Shown piece by piece: positions 29,984 through 39,789 of a stretch of 64,000 bases of DNA. The stretch lies in the NCBI GenBank assembly GCA_000091205.1, contig AP006497.2. One strand, written 5' to 3'. The stretch's first letter is position 1. Each line of letters opens with the position of its first letter. Both the position numbers and the translations under genes were made by a program. Under the pieces are notes generated by a model. The model did no database searches, was not told the DNA's origin, and saw nothing but the letters and a program-made list of their open reading frames with translations. Source of the stretch: Cyanidioschyzon merolae. Taxonomy: Eukaryota.

Positions 29984-31654
29984 GTGGGCGAGCTGCACGC
30001 TTCAATCCAATCTGAAACCGTTGACGCGGGCGATAGCTGTAAACGCCCGACTAGAGCGACTTGGACTGCCATGGTTTACGCTCCGCTACCGCAGATTCTG
30101 CGGCGAGCAGTGGTTTGCAAACAGGAAACGTGTTTGAGTGTACTGCAGGGGTTTCGCAGCTTTAAGCGTGGACAGCATCTTTTGCTTGCGGAGACACGGT
30201 TCCGACCGGGGTTCCGACCGGCCTCGCACAAGCTCGAATCAGCTCAAAAGTTGCGGAACGAGATGAACTGGTTGCAACGCCCCAAAGGACAGGGACAGAT
30301 GTTTTGCACCGAAGCCGCCTCGAGTTCGCAGGAGAGTTCAGCCGCGAACTCGATGATTCCGCGAGTCTCCATCGCGGACTACTCTTACGAACTTCCTCCG
30401 GAGCGGATCGCCCAGTACCCGTTACCACTGCGCGATCATGCCCGCTTATTCGTGTTTGATCCTCAGCAAGGCATGCAGCATCGATTCTTTTACGACTTAC
30501 CGAGCCTGCTGCCACCCGAGAGTGTGCTCGTTGGGAACGACTCACGCGTCATCGCTGCGCGGCTACTGCTTCGTCGTGCTCCGCCCCAGACAGACTCATC
30601 TCCGCAGGCGCCCTGTGCGGCGCGTCTCGTTGAAGTTCTGTGCTTGGAACCCATCGTACCCAGCACTGACCCTGCCGTTGTCCTCAGCTGTCGCGAGCCA
30701 CCGGTGGAATGGGCATGTTGGATCGGCGGCAGGCGTGTGTTCCCCGGACTCGAGTTGCGGGGTGAGCATTTGAGAGCTCGAATTCTAGAGCGAGCAGGTC
30801 AGGAGGGCACTGTTCGTTTCGATTGGGAGCCAACGACAGCGTGTTTGAGTTTCGGTGAGCTCCTCGAGCGTGAAGGTCGGACACCGCTCCCTCCGTATCT
30901 GAACAGGGATGACACTCCGCGGGATCGCAGCGACTACCAGACCGTGTTTGCCCGGGAATCGGGGTCAGTCGCTGCACCGACTGCTGGACTGCACTTCAGC
31001 GAGGAGCTGATCAAGAAGCACTTTGAAAAACGATTCATCCGGTTTACGCTTCATGTAGGTGCGGGGACGTTTGCACCGGTAAAAGCGGCTGATATTGGTG
31101 ACCATATCATGCACCGTGAGCGAATCATTGTCCGGCGGGAGCAGCTCGTACAGCTCATTCGGGCTGTGGAGAGCGCGTCCCCGTTGGTGGCTGTCGGCAC
31201 GACCACGGTACGCATCTTGGAGAGCCTCTACTGGTACGGGTCCGCTCTATGTCGGCCAGGTGCGAAGCGAGCGCACCGAGGCGCGGCGGCTGCATTTGAC
31301 GAGCATTTGAGCTTTGTGGTCGAGCAGTGGGACCCCTATGTCCGCTCCGGTGACGTTCCCGTGGAGCATGCGTTGAGCGCTGTTCTCGACGTACTGGAGA
31401 GGAATCGCGCTTCTGAGATTCATGGATACACGAGTCTCATCATTGTTCCTGGCTATTCATTCCGGGTGGTTGATGCGCTGATCACCAACTTTCACCAACC
31501 GCGATCTACACTGCTGTTGCTCGTGGCTGCATTCTTACCGGGCGGCCGCGAAACACTCTTCCGCATCTACCACGAGGCACTGGCGCGATCCTATCGTTTC
31601 CTTTCCTATGGTGACGCCTCGTTGCTATGGAGGAAATCCGTTCAAGGCAGATAG
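29984..31654 (+). CDS. queA: S-adenosylmethionine:tRNA ribosyltransferase-isomerase (QueA), bacterial/organellar type, with an N-terminal extension of about 115 aa
   Basis: Conserved QueA blocks in order: DYSYELPPERIAQYPL…R…ARL, …GLHFSEELI…, …VAVGTTTVRILESL…, ITNFHQPRSTLLLLVAAF, RFLSYGDASLL. The catalytic core is about 440 aa and is preceded by a non-conserved leader. Confidence 0.85.
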   Translation: MGELHASIQSETVDAGDSCKRPTRATWTAMVYAPLPQILRRAVVCKQETCLSVLQGFRSFKRGQHLLLAETRFRPGFRPASHKLESAQKLRNEMNWLQRPKGQGQMFCTEAASSSQESSAANSMIPRVSIADYSYELPPERIAQYPLPLRDHARLFVFDPQQGMQHRFFYDLPSLLPPESVLVGNDSRVIAARLLLRRAPPQTDSSPQAPCAARLVEVLCLEPIVPSTDPAVVLSCREPPVEWACWIGGRRVFPGLELRGEHLRARILERAGQEGTVRFDWEPTTACLSFGELLEREGRTPLPPYLNRDDTPRDRSDYQTVFARESGSVAAPTAGLHFSEELIKKHFEKRFIRFTLHVGAGTFAPVKAADIGDHIMHRERIIVRREQLVQLIRAVESASPLVAVGTTTVRILESLYWYGSALCRPGAKRAHRGAAAAFDEHLSFVVEQWDPYVRSGDVPVEHALSAVLDVLERNRASEIHGYTSLIIVPGYSFRVVDALITNFHQPRSTLLLLVAAFLPGGRETLFRIYHEALARSYRFLSYGDASLLWRKSVQGR

Positions 31655-32425
31655 CGGCAGCGAAGCGAAGCAATTGTCGTCCGGGGAGATCTGACTTGCT
31701 ATCTTGATAGATCAGGTGGCGCTGCAGACATGCAGGGTTCCGGCAGCCGCTGCGCAGCACAATGCCAGAGTAGATTTTTTGGTAACACCAGAGTGAAACT
31801 AGCGAGCACCACACATCTGCAGGAAGCGAAACAGGTGTGCATGTTTTTGAGACAAGGGCGATATCTAGAGCGCCCTCTCGGTGCTGCCTGCTGGCGCTAC
31901 TCGTATCTGGAGCACGTCAACCGGCACCAGCATCGCAATGCACCCCAGAGAAGCGAGCTTCCAGCGACGGCTCGCTTCTGGACCCCTGTGACAGATTAGA
32001 CGCTCTGAAAACGCTCAGACCGAATTGCAAATGAACGATAGTTCCCGTTCTTGCTCGCATGCATCTACCAATGATTCGTATCAAAAGGCTCGGGTAAAAG
32101 GGGGACGCTTCGAGCTCACCTTTTAACAAGGATGACTAGACTTTGCAAGGCACCGGCTCTTCCGGCCTGCTCTGTTTCTCACCAAACGGGATTTCGATTC
32201 GAGCGTACCGCCACCGAGCACCACCCGTAGTGCCGCGAGATAACGTGGGTGCTGCCTCACGTGAAGTCTTCCGTCCATGGGCAGTCTAGACACCCAAATG
32301 GAGTTTGCTTGATAACATAGGAAAGCAAAGATTCGAATTCGGGATCTGTTCGCTCTACTTGAATCTGTGCGCGCGAGCCCTTCACGCGCACGCATCTTGA
32401 CACGCTGGTTGGTGCGTGTCTCGCC

Positions 32426-32462
32426 GCACGCATGCACGCACGCATGCATGCATGCGTGCACC
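32426..32462. repeat. Alternating purine-pyrimidine (GCAYGC)n tract, Z-DNA-prone and quasi-palindromic
   Basis: cgcacgcatgcacgcacgcatgcatgcatgcgtgcac. Confidence 0.85.
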
Positions 32463-32598
32463 GATCATCGCATATTAGCCGCCATGCATCAAATCATGTC
32501 GATTTTCGCAGCGCTTTTGGAGTTCTTCACACTGCTTTCGCTCGTCGAGTGCGAGGGTCATCTGGGGAAGGGTCCATGAACAGAGAACGGCCAGCTGG

Positions 32599-34623
32599 AT
32601 GCAAATCGATGCTGAGAGATACAAGGTGACTCTTACGAGCCCGAGGTCCCTCTTATCACCACAAAACATCAAGCTGGCGTTCACACTCCCTGAACAGCAC
32701 GCTGCTGAGCATTCCTGTTCTCGCTCAGTAATCGCGCGCCACCGTTATTACGCTTTGACTGCGAATGGGGGAGCTGCGGACCAAAACATCGGCGATTCCG
32801 AGGACACACGCAAGGTGGGTGACGCTGTGCCTGACGTCGCAAATATCACCGGTGCACTGGCCTCTGGCGGTACGGCTCACGCTCGCGAGCGCTGCTACCA
32901 TGTAGCGTCTGCGATGCGGATACCCGCTAGACCAGATAAATCCGTCGTGTTATTCCGCGATCGATACGTCACACAGGACTCGTGGAAGATCTTCAACTGG
33001 GCGCCTCCATTGGCGAGCTCGTCCAAGTTTCATCTCTATACGCGAGCATCTCCTCTTCACGCAAAGCAAGTATGGACTGCGTCAGCATCCCGTCTCGGAA
33101 TGCATTGGAACGAGAACGACCCACCAGTGAGCCGCACACCGGCACCGCCCGATGCACACGAGCGCCGATCTCAAATTACCCAGGTTCTGGCGGCCGCGAA
33201 GTCGAGCCGCAGCCCCGCAAAACCTCATCCGGAGCCACCTGCGAGCGATCTTCGCTCGCCAGAATGCAGAGCGGGTGCCTTCGCAAACGCCGCGGAGCCG
33301 TTGTGGGACCAGGATGCTCGGATAAGCGCTGGTTCGAACCACGATCACATGTCACCATCCCAGGAAAGTGAGGGCATGCACGCCACGCATCCCATGGGAA
33401 CCGATGAACATATCGAGAAAGGCGCTGATCCGCTGCTTTTGGCTATGCCCATGACTCGCGCCGTCGCGAAACAGCGTCGAGCTGCGTCTCCAATGCGCGC
33501 TGAGAACGCTCGTCAGCGTGCGAATCGACTATGGGTTCCAGCGAGAATATCGCACAAGGCTTCGAAGCGGCGATCCAGTGCGGATTCGAGACAGAGGAAC
33601 GGACCTGGTTTTTCTCAAACTCGACCTGCTGAGCTGCTGATCCCCGTTGGAAAATTGCGGCCCGAATCGGAGCACCACGAAGATCCAGGACGTGTCATCA
33701 AGCCGGAAGAAATGGCTCGTATGGGTAGAGTTTTTCGGGAGCGCTTTCCAGAGCCTCCATCCGCCTTGAGCAGCATCCCATCGAGTGGCTGGTGTCTAGA
33801 GCGCATTACTGAAGAAGCAAGCGCTTGGTGGCGGCGCAACTACAGCGAGCAATCCGAGACGTGGTTCCAGCGCTGGCATGCGTACGTGCGTTTCGTGCGG
33901 CAGCGTCTCAGTCGGAGCAGGTCGAAAACCGCTCGAATTTCTGCTGGGTGCGCCCGCCGCTGGCTGGCTCAATTCCTTCGATCGAACGTCGCGGTGGATG
34001 CACACAGCGCGCCATCGAGCTCGTACACCGATCAGTCGGATGCCGCCGCTGAACGGCCAGCACAGACGCACCCAGTACCACTATCCGTGCGCAACGGTTC
34101 CATGATGAAGCGCTCGTTTGCGACGTACCCAAGTTATACACCGCAAACCAGAGCGCGATACCGCCGCTACCAGTACAGAGAATGCGATATGATCTCGCTG
34201 CCGGTGGGTTGCGATGCACGCACACTGCTGCGCTGCTTCAGCGAGGACGCACCTTTGCGCCAGGCACAGGCACTGCCTGCCAAAGAACCAGTGTGGATAC
34301 GAGGTCTGCCGGGCCAGGGCACACGACGATGGCCGGGTTACATGCTGGGCACACTGGACAGACGCCTCATTGATGTCGATGCAGGCGTTTCGCTGGTTGC
34401 AGTGCAAGCCGCTGACGGGAATCCAGAGTACGTCGCAAATGCGCAGATGTACGTTCTGCCGCAGCACCAAATAGAACCATTTCGTGCCTCCGAAGTGAAG
34501 GCAACGTTTGCAGCAGAGCTTGCTCTTCGACGGCCAGCGTCCCGCCAGAGCGCTCGATTCGAACATGCGTTCAGCGAGGTGTACGCTTTGTTTCTGCAAA
34601 ATGCTGGTTCACAATGCGTGTGA
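32599..34623 (+). CDS. Hypothetical low-complexity protein (674 aa) with a possible PWWP/Tudor-like fold near the C-terminus
   Basis: 2-kb ORF with only short antisense ORFs opposite. Ala/Arg/Ser-rich. The C-terminal segment PVWIRGLPGQGTRRWPGYMLGTLD…AQMYVLPQHQIEPF loosely resembles PWWP/Tudor-type reader modules. Weak. Confidence 0.4.
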   Translation: MQIDAERYKVTLTSPRSLLSPQNIKLAFTLPEQHAAEHSCSRSVIARHRYYALTANGGAADQNIGDSEDTRKVGDAVPDVANITGALASGGTAHARERCYHVASAMRIPARPDKSVVLFRDRYVTQDSWKIFNWAPPLASSSKFHLYTRASPLHAKQVWTASASRLGMHWNENDPPVSRTPAPPDAHERRSQITQVLAAAKSSRSPAKPHPEPPASDLRSPECRAGAFANAAEPLWDQDARISAGSNHDHMSPSQESEGMHATHPMGTDEHIEKGADPLLLAMPMTRAVAKQRRAASPMRAENARQRANRLWVPARISHKASKRRSSADSRQRNGPGFSQTRPAELLIPVGKLRPESEHHEDPGRVIKPEEMARMGRVFRERFPEPPSALSSIPSSGWCLERITEEASAWWRRNYSEQSETWFQRWHAYVRFVRQRLSRSRSKTARISAGCARRWLAQFLRSNVAVDAHSAPSSSYTDQSDAAAERPAQTHPVPLSVRNGSMMKRSFATYPSYTPQTRARYRRYQYRECDMISLPVGCDARTLLRCFSEDAPLRQAQALPAKEPVWIRGLPGQGTRRWPGYMLGTLDRRLIDVDAGVSLVAVQAADGNPEYVANAQMYVLPQHQIEPFRASEVKATFAAELALRRPASRQSARFEHAFSEVYALFLQNAGSQCV

Positions 34624-34842
34624 ACCGCATGCAAACCCTCCCGATACTGCGAAATGCGATCAAGGTCTCCGCTGGGTAGCCAGCAGCATCATTCAGCAAA
34701 ATTCGATCGATGTGGTTCGCTGCTTCTCAGCTATACAATGCTTTGCTATCCGATTCGACACAGCAATAACATCTACAGGATACTAGATGCCGCAAACATC
34801 CGTCCCTCATCACGCTGCTCGGAAATAAGTCGAGCGCTGCAA

Positions 34843-37239
34843 CTAGGGCGCTGGACATGGCCCGGCTTCACACGGAAATGCCTCTACGATTTCGACCGAT
34901 TCCGCCTGCAGTGCCTCCCTGATGGATTCAATGACTGATCTGGCCTTCAAAAGGGTTTCTTCGTACTCGTCTTGGGGGTCGCTGTGTGCAACAATAGCGC
35001 CGCCAACTCCGATGCTGACGCCCCAGGAGTCTTCTGGCGCATCCACACCATTGGCGTTCCGACGGCGTTCCCATACTGCAGTGCGGATGATGACGTTCCA
35101 GTCCGCATGTTGGCCGTTTGCTGAGACGTAGCCGATGCTACCACTGTAGATGCCCCGGGGCCTCTTCTCCAGCGCCTCGAGAATTTCCAGGGTTCGTTGC
35201 TTTGGCGCCCCCGTCATGGATCCCATGGGAAAACAAGCTCGAAGGACGCGCCCCAGAGGTGCAGCCCAGGTGTTATGTGGGCCCGTGTTGCGCATGGGAG
35301 ACGGCAAACGTCCCTGCACGATACTGACCAGTTGATGCACGCTAGCGAAGGTTTCGAGCCGCATGAGTTGCGGCACTTGAACGGTACCAGGTTTGCATAA
35401 TCGACCAAAGTCGTTGCGAACCAGGTCGACGATCATCAGATTCTCCGCTCGATCTTTCCGGCTGGTGCTAAGTTGGAATGCGAGGCGCGCATCCTCAGCT
35501 GGGTCAGCGCTGCGTTGTATGGTCCCCTTGATGGGTCTCGACTCCAGCATTGTTCCGTTGCGTAATAGTAAGAAACGCTCCGGCGACGCGCTGCAGATGA
35601 CTGTATCGGGGCCGAGCTGCAAGTACGCAGCGAATGGCGCCGCGTTCACACGACGTAATACCAAGTAATGGGTTAGAGGATGAAACTTGGGAGGCAGCTT
35701 CGTTGGTCGTAGTCGAAGAAGATTGGTGAGGCAGATTTCGTAGCTCTCGCCATTACGAATATATTCCAGACACGTTCGAATATCTTTGAGATACTGATCA
35801 CGAGAGCGACTCCATTCGAACTGGATAATCTTCTGGGGTGCATTCGATGACTGATCACATGGAGCATTCCTTGGTGTCTCCTGATTCCTGATTCGATCTG
35901 ATACCTGAAGATCAACCCGATTTGGCGCAGAATCCGGTGTCGTTAGGGCGCATTCGACTCGTTCTATCCACATGGCGGCGTCGCTCGGATCTGCGGAAGC
36001 CGCATCATTCGTGACGAGCAGCACCGAACCCGTCTGATGATCAAAGATCGCAAGTCGATGCACCCAACCTAGAAAAGCATCAGCCGGGTTTCGACGCCCG
36101 CTCTGACCTCCATGGGGAGCATCGAAGCTCTCCCTCTTCAGTTCGAATCCAAGATATCCAAGGTAACCTCCAATGAAAGGCGGCAGCTCATCGGATGTTT
36201 CCAGCTCCGGCCACGAAGCGGCACTGGTCGAGAGCTCTTTGTCAAGCGCTTCCCAAAACGGAAAACGAGACCCGTCCAGTGCATGACTTGACTCCCATTC
36301 GCCGATCATGCTCCAGCGCACTGCCGGCCAGCGTTCTTGTCGATACTCGTAACAAGAATCCAACCAGAACACTTGCCGATTGGGATCATTTCCATACAGA
36401 CGCAAAAACGCTTGTGCCGGTTGCGCACAGACTCGTTTTGCCTCCAGACGGTGCATCTGAACGCAACGCTGCGGTCGATGAAGCTTACCCATGACTTCTT
36501 CGTATACTGCTTGGAAACGACCTGCGTTTCCAGGGTCAGTGCTGTGGGGCACGCGCGGCGCGAGGCGCTCTACTGGGTATCCACGCTCGAGGCGATACCT
36601 CTGGGCGATACGCAGAAAATTGCGAAGGATCTGGTCACCATATTCAGTGCCTGCAGATTCTATATGAAACTGGACGCCGAAAATCGGAAACTTTTGATGC
36701 CGCACAGCCATAAGGATGCGCTCTTGCGTGTCGACATCCGTGCACCAGGCCAGTGGCTCGAGGCAGGACGGCAACGAGGCCGTCTCCGCAACCAGGGAGT
36801 GGTAGCGCACGGCGCGGAAACGAGTCGATGGAAGACCAGAAAACAGGGCCTTCTGGCTTGAGCGCTGCTCGGTTTTCTCAACGATGGCGACCTCTCCGTG
36901 AACGGGTCGCTGGGCGTGAACAACACGCCCCCCGAACGCGTGCACGATGCCCTGGTGGCCGAGACAAACGCCCAAGATGGGCGTCTGATGAAGAGAAAAA
37001 CATTCGATGACTTTGCAACAGAAGCCAAAGTCGTTCACGCGTTCAGGACGGCCTGGGCCCGGTGAAACGATGATGGCGTCAAACGGACTGGGTCCCTGTT
37101 CGCAGGTCGTAATCGACGCCAGCACCGTAGCGTCGTCGTGCCGAACGACAACTGGAAGTTGGCCTCCATCTACAATGCCGACTAACTGGCACAAGTTGTA
37201 GGTATAAGAGTCGTAGTTATCAATTATAAGAACGCGCAT
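34843..37239 (-). CDS. Bifunctional aminodeoxychorismate synthase (PabA glutamine amidotransferase fused to PabB chorismate-binding domain), folate biosynthesis
   Basis: N-terminal MRVLIIDNYDSYTYNL…GVCLGHQ…FGVQFHIES is a class-I GATase with a Cys-His catalytic dyad context. C-terminal …PMGSMTGAPKQRTLEILEALE…RGIYSGSIGY…GVGGAIVAHSDPQDEYEETLLKA is a chorismate-utilising enzyme domain. 798 aa in one ORF. Confidence 0.9.
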   Translation of the reverse strand: MRVLIIDNYDSYTYNLCQLVGIVDGGQLPVVVRHDDATVLASITTCEQGPSPFDAIIVSPGPGRPERVNDFGFCCKVIECFSLHQTPILGVCLGHQGIVHAFGGRVVHAQRPVHGEVAIVEKTEQRSSQKALFSGLPSTRFRAVRYHSLVAETASLPSCLEPLAWCTDVDTQERILMAVRHQKFPIFGVQFHIESAGTEYGDQILRNFLRIAQRYRLERGYPVERLAPRVPHSTDPGNAGRFQAVYEEVMGKLHRPQRCVQMHRLEAKRVCAQPAQAFLRLYGNDPNRQVFWLDSCYEYRQERWPAVRWSMIGEWESSHALDGSRFPFWEALDKELSTSAASWPELETSDELPPFIGGYLGYLGFELKRESFDAPHGGQSGRRNPADAFLGWVHRLAIFDHQTGSVLLVTNDAASADPSDAAMWIERVECALTTPDSAPNRVDLQVSDRIRNQETPRNAPCDQSSNAPQKIIQFEWSRSRDQYLKDIRTCLEYIRNGESYEICLTNLLRLRPTKLPPKFHPLTHYLVLRRVNAAPFAAYLQLGPDTVICSASPERFLLLRNGTMLESRPIKGTIQRSADPAEDARLAFQLSTSRKDRAENLMIVDLVRNDFGRLCKPGTVQVPQLMRLETFASVHQLVSIVQGRLPSPMRNTGPHNTWAAPLGRVLRACFPMGSMTGAPKQRTLEILEALEKRPRGIYSGSIGYVSANGQHADWNVIIRTAVWERRRNANGVDAPEDSWGVSIGVGGAIVAHSDPQDEYEETLLKARSVIESIREALQAESVEIVEAFPCEAGPCPAP

Positions 37240-37655
37240 GTTTTCGTGAATCGGGCTCGAGGTTCCTCGTCATTGTCCGTGGGGGGCGCGTTCGTGTTCA
37301 CCGCGGGTCTCTTTCAGACAGCCTTGGCTCAAATGTTGGTGAAGCGCAGCCAGTATAAGAAGCCTGGCTTGCGGTCGCCCTTCAATCCCGATAGTGAACT
37401 GCCTCGGCAACTGATCCCGACAAGTGAAGGCTCCGGTGCTGCACCAGCTCAGGTGAAGCGCTGCGACTCGAATGCCGCAGGCGCCGCATCCACTGCCCCG
37501 CGCGTGGCGTTTCGTTGCTGGCGGCAATCTGCGCTGCGGCACGGCGCAACGACTCTACAGACTAGGTGCTTCGCTCTGCACACGGCAGCCTGCGGGTTTG
37601 GCCTGCGCTAGGCTAACTTGGGCTAGCCAGCTCTACAACCGCTCCACCGCGTCTC

Positions 37656-38825
37656 ATGGTAGGTCAAACAGAGCTGGAAGTGCTCGCCGCAGAGCGTCAG
37701 CGCAAGGCGCTCCGACGAACACCCAAGCTCCGAGCGCGGTCTCACGCAGTGCTGGCCAGCACTGGCTCTGTTCAAGGTCATGCCACCGACACTACGACTT
37801 TCGGGACTCTCTATGGAGTGCTGGTTGACTTTGGTAGCACCGTATCCGCGAGTTGTGAGAAGATTGCGTCGGTTTGCAGTGCGCTGCCTGGCTTCCGGTC
37901 GGATAGTCTGGGATCGGAGGAGCTCGCGTCGAGCAACGCCCTGGAGCACGTGCGGGATAGTTTGCAGTCCTTGTTGCGATCATTGGCGAAACTTTTCGCT
38001 AACCTACGAGATGCACAAGTTCGTCATCGACTTGATTCCGTGGAGCTTCCTGCTTGCATCGTTTCGGATATGCGACAGATCCAGAATAATTGGCTCGATC
38101 TGAGTTGCCGCATCGCAGCCAGCATTGTTTGTGTGCAGCAAGCAAACCAGTGTATCGGGGACCCGCAGAGCCAGAGCTTCACAGCTCTCCATAGCGTACT
38201 ACAGAAACATCTCTACCTCTGTCGCAGAGAATGCATGCTTCTGGAAAGAATTCGTACCATTCAAAAGGAGTTGCGGCTGCGGGAAGCCCGCATCGACGCC
38301 CCCAACCGCCGAGAGGCGCCTGCCCCCGAAGCGTTTCAAGGATGCAGCGGCGTGCTCCGGCAGATTAGGTCGATGCAGAACGAAGAGCGAACCTCCAAGA
38401 GCCCGAAGAGATGCGCTGTGAGAACCAGGCTTGAAATTAGCGCACCTACGACACCGAACTTGCCAACTGCGGGACGCGAGGCGTTTTTTGTCGGCGCTGT
38501 AAATGAAGCCGCTTCTCGTTCGCGTTGTTCGGAAGCGCTTGCTCCAACGCCGTGCCTTTTTCGTCTGTTCGAGCGCAGCAGCGCCACTCGACAACATCCT
38601 GGAAGCGTTGGCGAACACTTGGACGGATCGCGATGGACGTCGCTACTCCATCATTCAGCATTGAGTAGCCAGTGGCAAATATTGCGTTTCCGGTCAGAAG
38701 GTTTCCACGATGAGGGTAGTTTGCAATGCTCGCATGGATCAGGTAGCCTTCGTGTCCTCGCAGACTCATTGCGTACGGATGCCTATCATTACGCGGCAAA
38801 CTTTGTGGGCTCACCGTGCTCGTAA
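37656..38825 (+). CDS. Hypothetical protein (389 aa), doubtful
   Basis: ORF divergent from the ADCS gene. The first half is protein-like (…LEHVRDSLQSLLRSLAKLFANLRDAQVRHRLDSVELPACIVSDMRQIQNNWLDL…) and the second half is low complexity. Confidence 0.3.
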   Translation: MVGQTELEVLAAERQRKALRRTPKLRARSHAVLASTGSVQGHATDTTTFGTLYGVLVDFGSTVSASCEKIASVCSALPGFRSDSLGSEELASSNALEHVRDSLQSLLRSLAKLFANLRDAQVRHRLDSVELPACIVSDMRQIQNNWLDLSCRIAASIVCVQQANQCIGDPQSQSFTALHSVLQKHLYLCRRECMLLERIRTIQKELRLREARIDAPNRREAPAPEAFQGCSGVLRQIRSMQNEERTSKSPKRCAVRTRLEISAPTTPNLPTAGREAFFVGAVNEAASRSRCSEALAPTPCLFRLFERSSATRQHPGSVGEHLDGSRWTSLLHHSALSSQWQILRFRSEGFHDEGSLQCSHGSGSLRVLADSLRTDAYHYAANFVGSPCS

Positions 38826-39789
38826 GCATTCGCAGACGCAATGGAATGCTTTCCATTGTACGTATTTCTCATCGAATACCGGTATGATGTCCATAACAGT
38901 TGTGCGCTCGTGGATTGCAACTCTTGAATGAGCAAATTCTCCATAGAAATCAATTTACAGGTCTGATTTTTTGCCTCGTAGCTTGGCACTGCATAGCGTC
39001 TATCGGCATGACGCAAGGAGGATGCGTCGTTCGGCGTGATGAAGCCTCGGATAATCGCCGTGTGCTGGTTGAGTATTCGAATCGAGTATGCGCTGGTAAC
39101 CTTGAATGGGTAGTTCCATCGTATCACTGCAAACGACTCTCCGTGCAGCTCTGGTTATATGGTATCGCAAGCAACCGGCATTCGACCAGGTATCTCAGAG
39201 TACACAGCGGCTGCCTGCACAGAATCCCGAGACGTTACGGAACGCTTTCCCCAGGTGTGATCTTTTGTGCCTGATCCATGCGATACTGGGTAGCGCTGGC
39301 TGGCGCTCAAAGCACGAAACTGCATCGATAATGACGATTCCCTTCACTTGATCCATATGGTGCAATGCCCTGATGATTTGCGCCCAAGGTACGAATCTGC
39401 TTGTCATGTAAGCCTTGATGGATGTACATGAGCAGATGCGACACCTGTTCGAGGCAGGTTCTCCATCGAGCGCTCGAGAACACGAGCGGGTCAAGGCGCA
39501 CTCTGGTCGGCAATGGAAACGACCCGAAGGGTTCGCTCAATGCTGGACCCTTCTTGAATCCGACATGACTTGTAGATCATGGATACGGTATACGGAATTG
39601 CACAAGGTACCACATTGCGTGGCGCAAACGTCAGATTCTTCAACTTATGAGCATATCGTCATTACTGCCCTTCTGCGTTGGCACGCTGAGCATAAAGTCG
39701 TATTGAGCACGCGTGCCACGACGCCTGTGCACTGCTTGGTCGGTAGATCCGGCTCGTTCAAGGACGCGTGTATCGACATCAGGCGCTCT

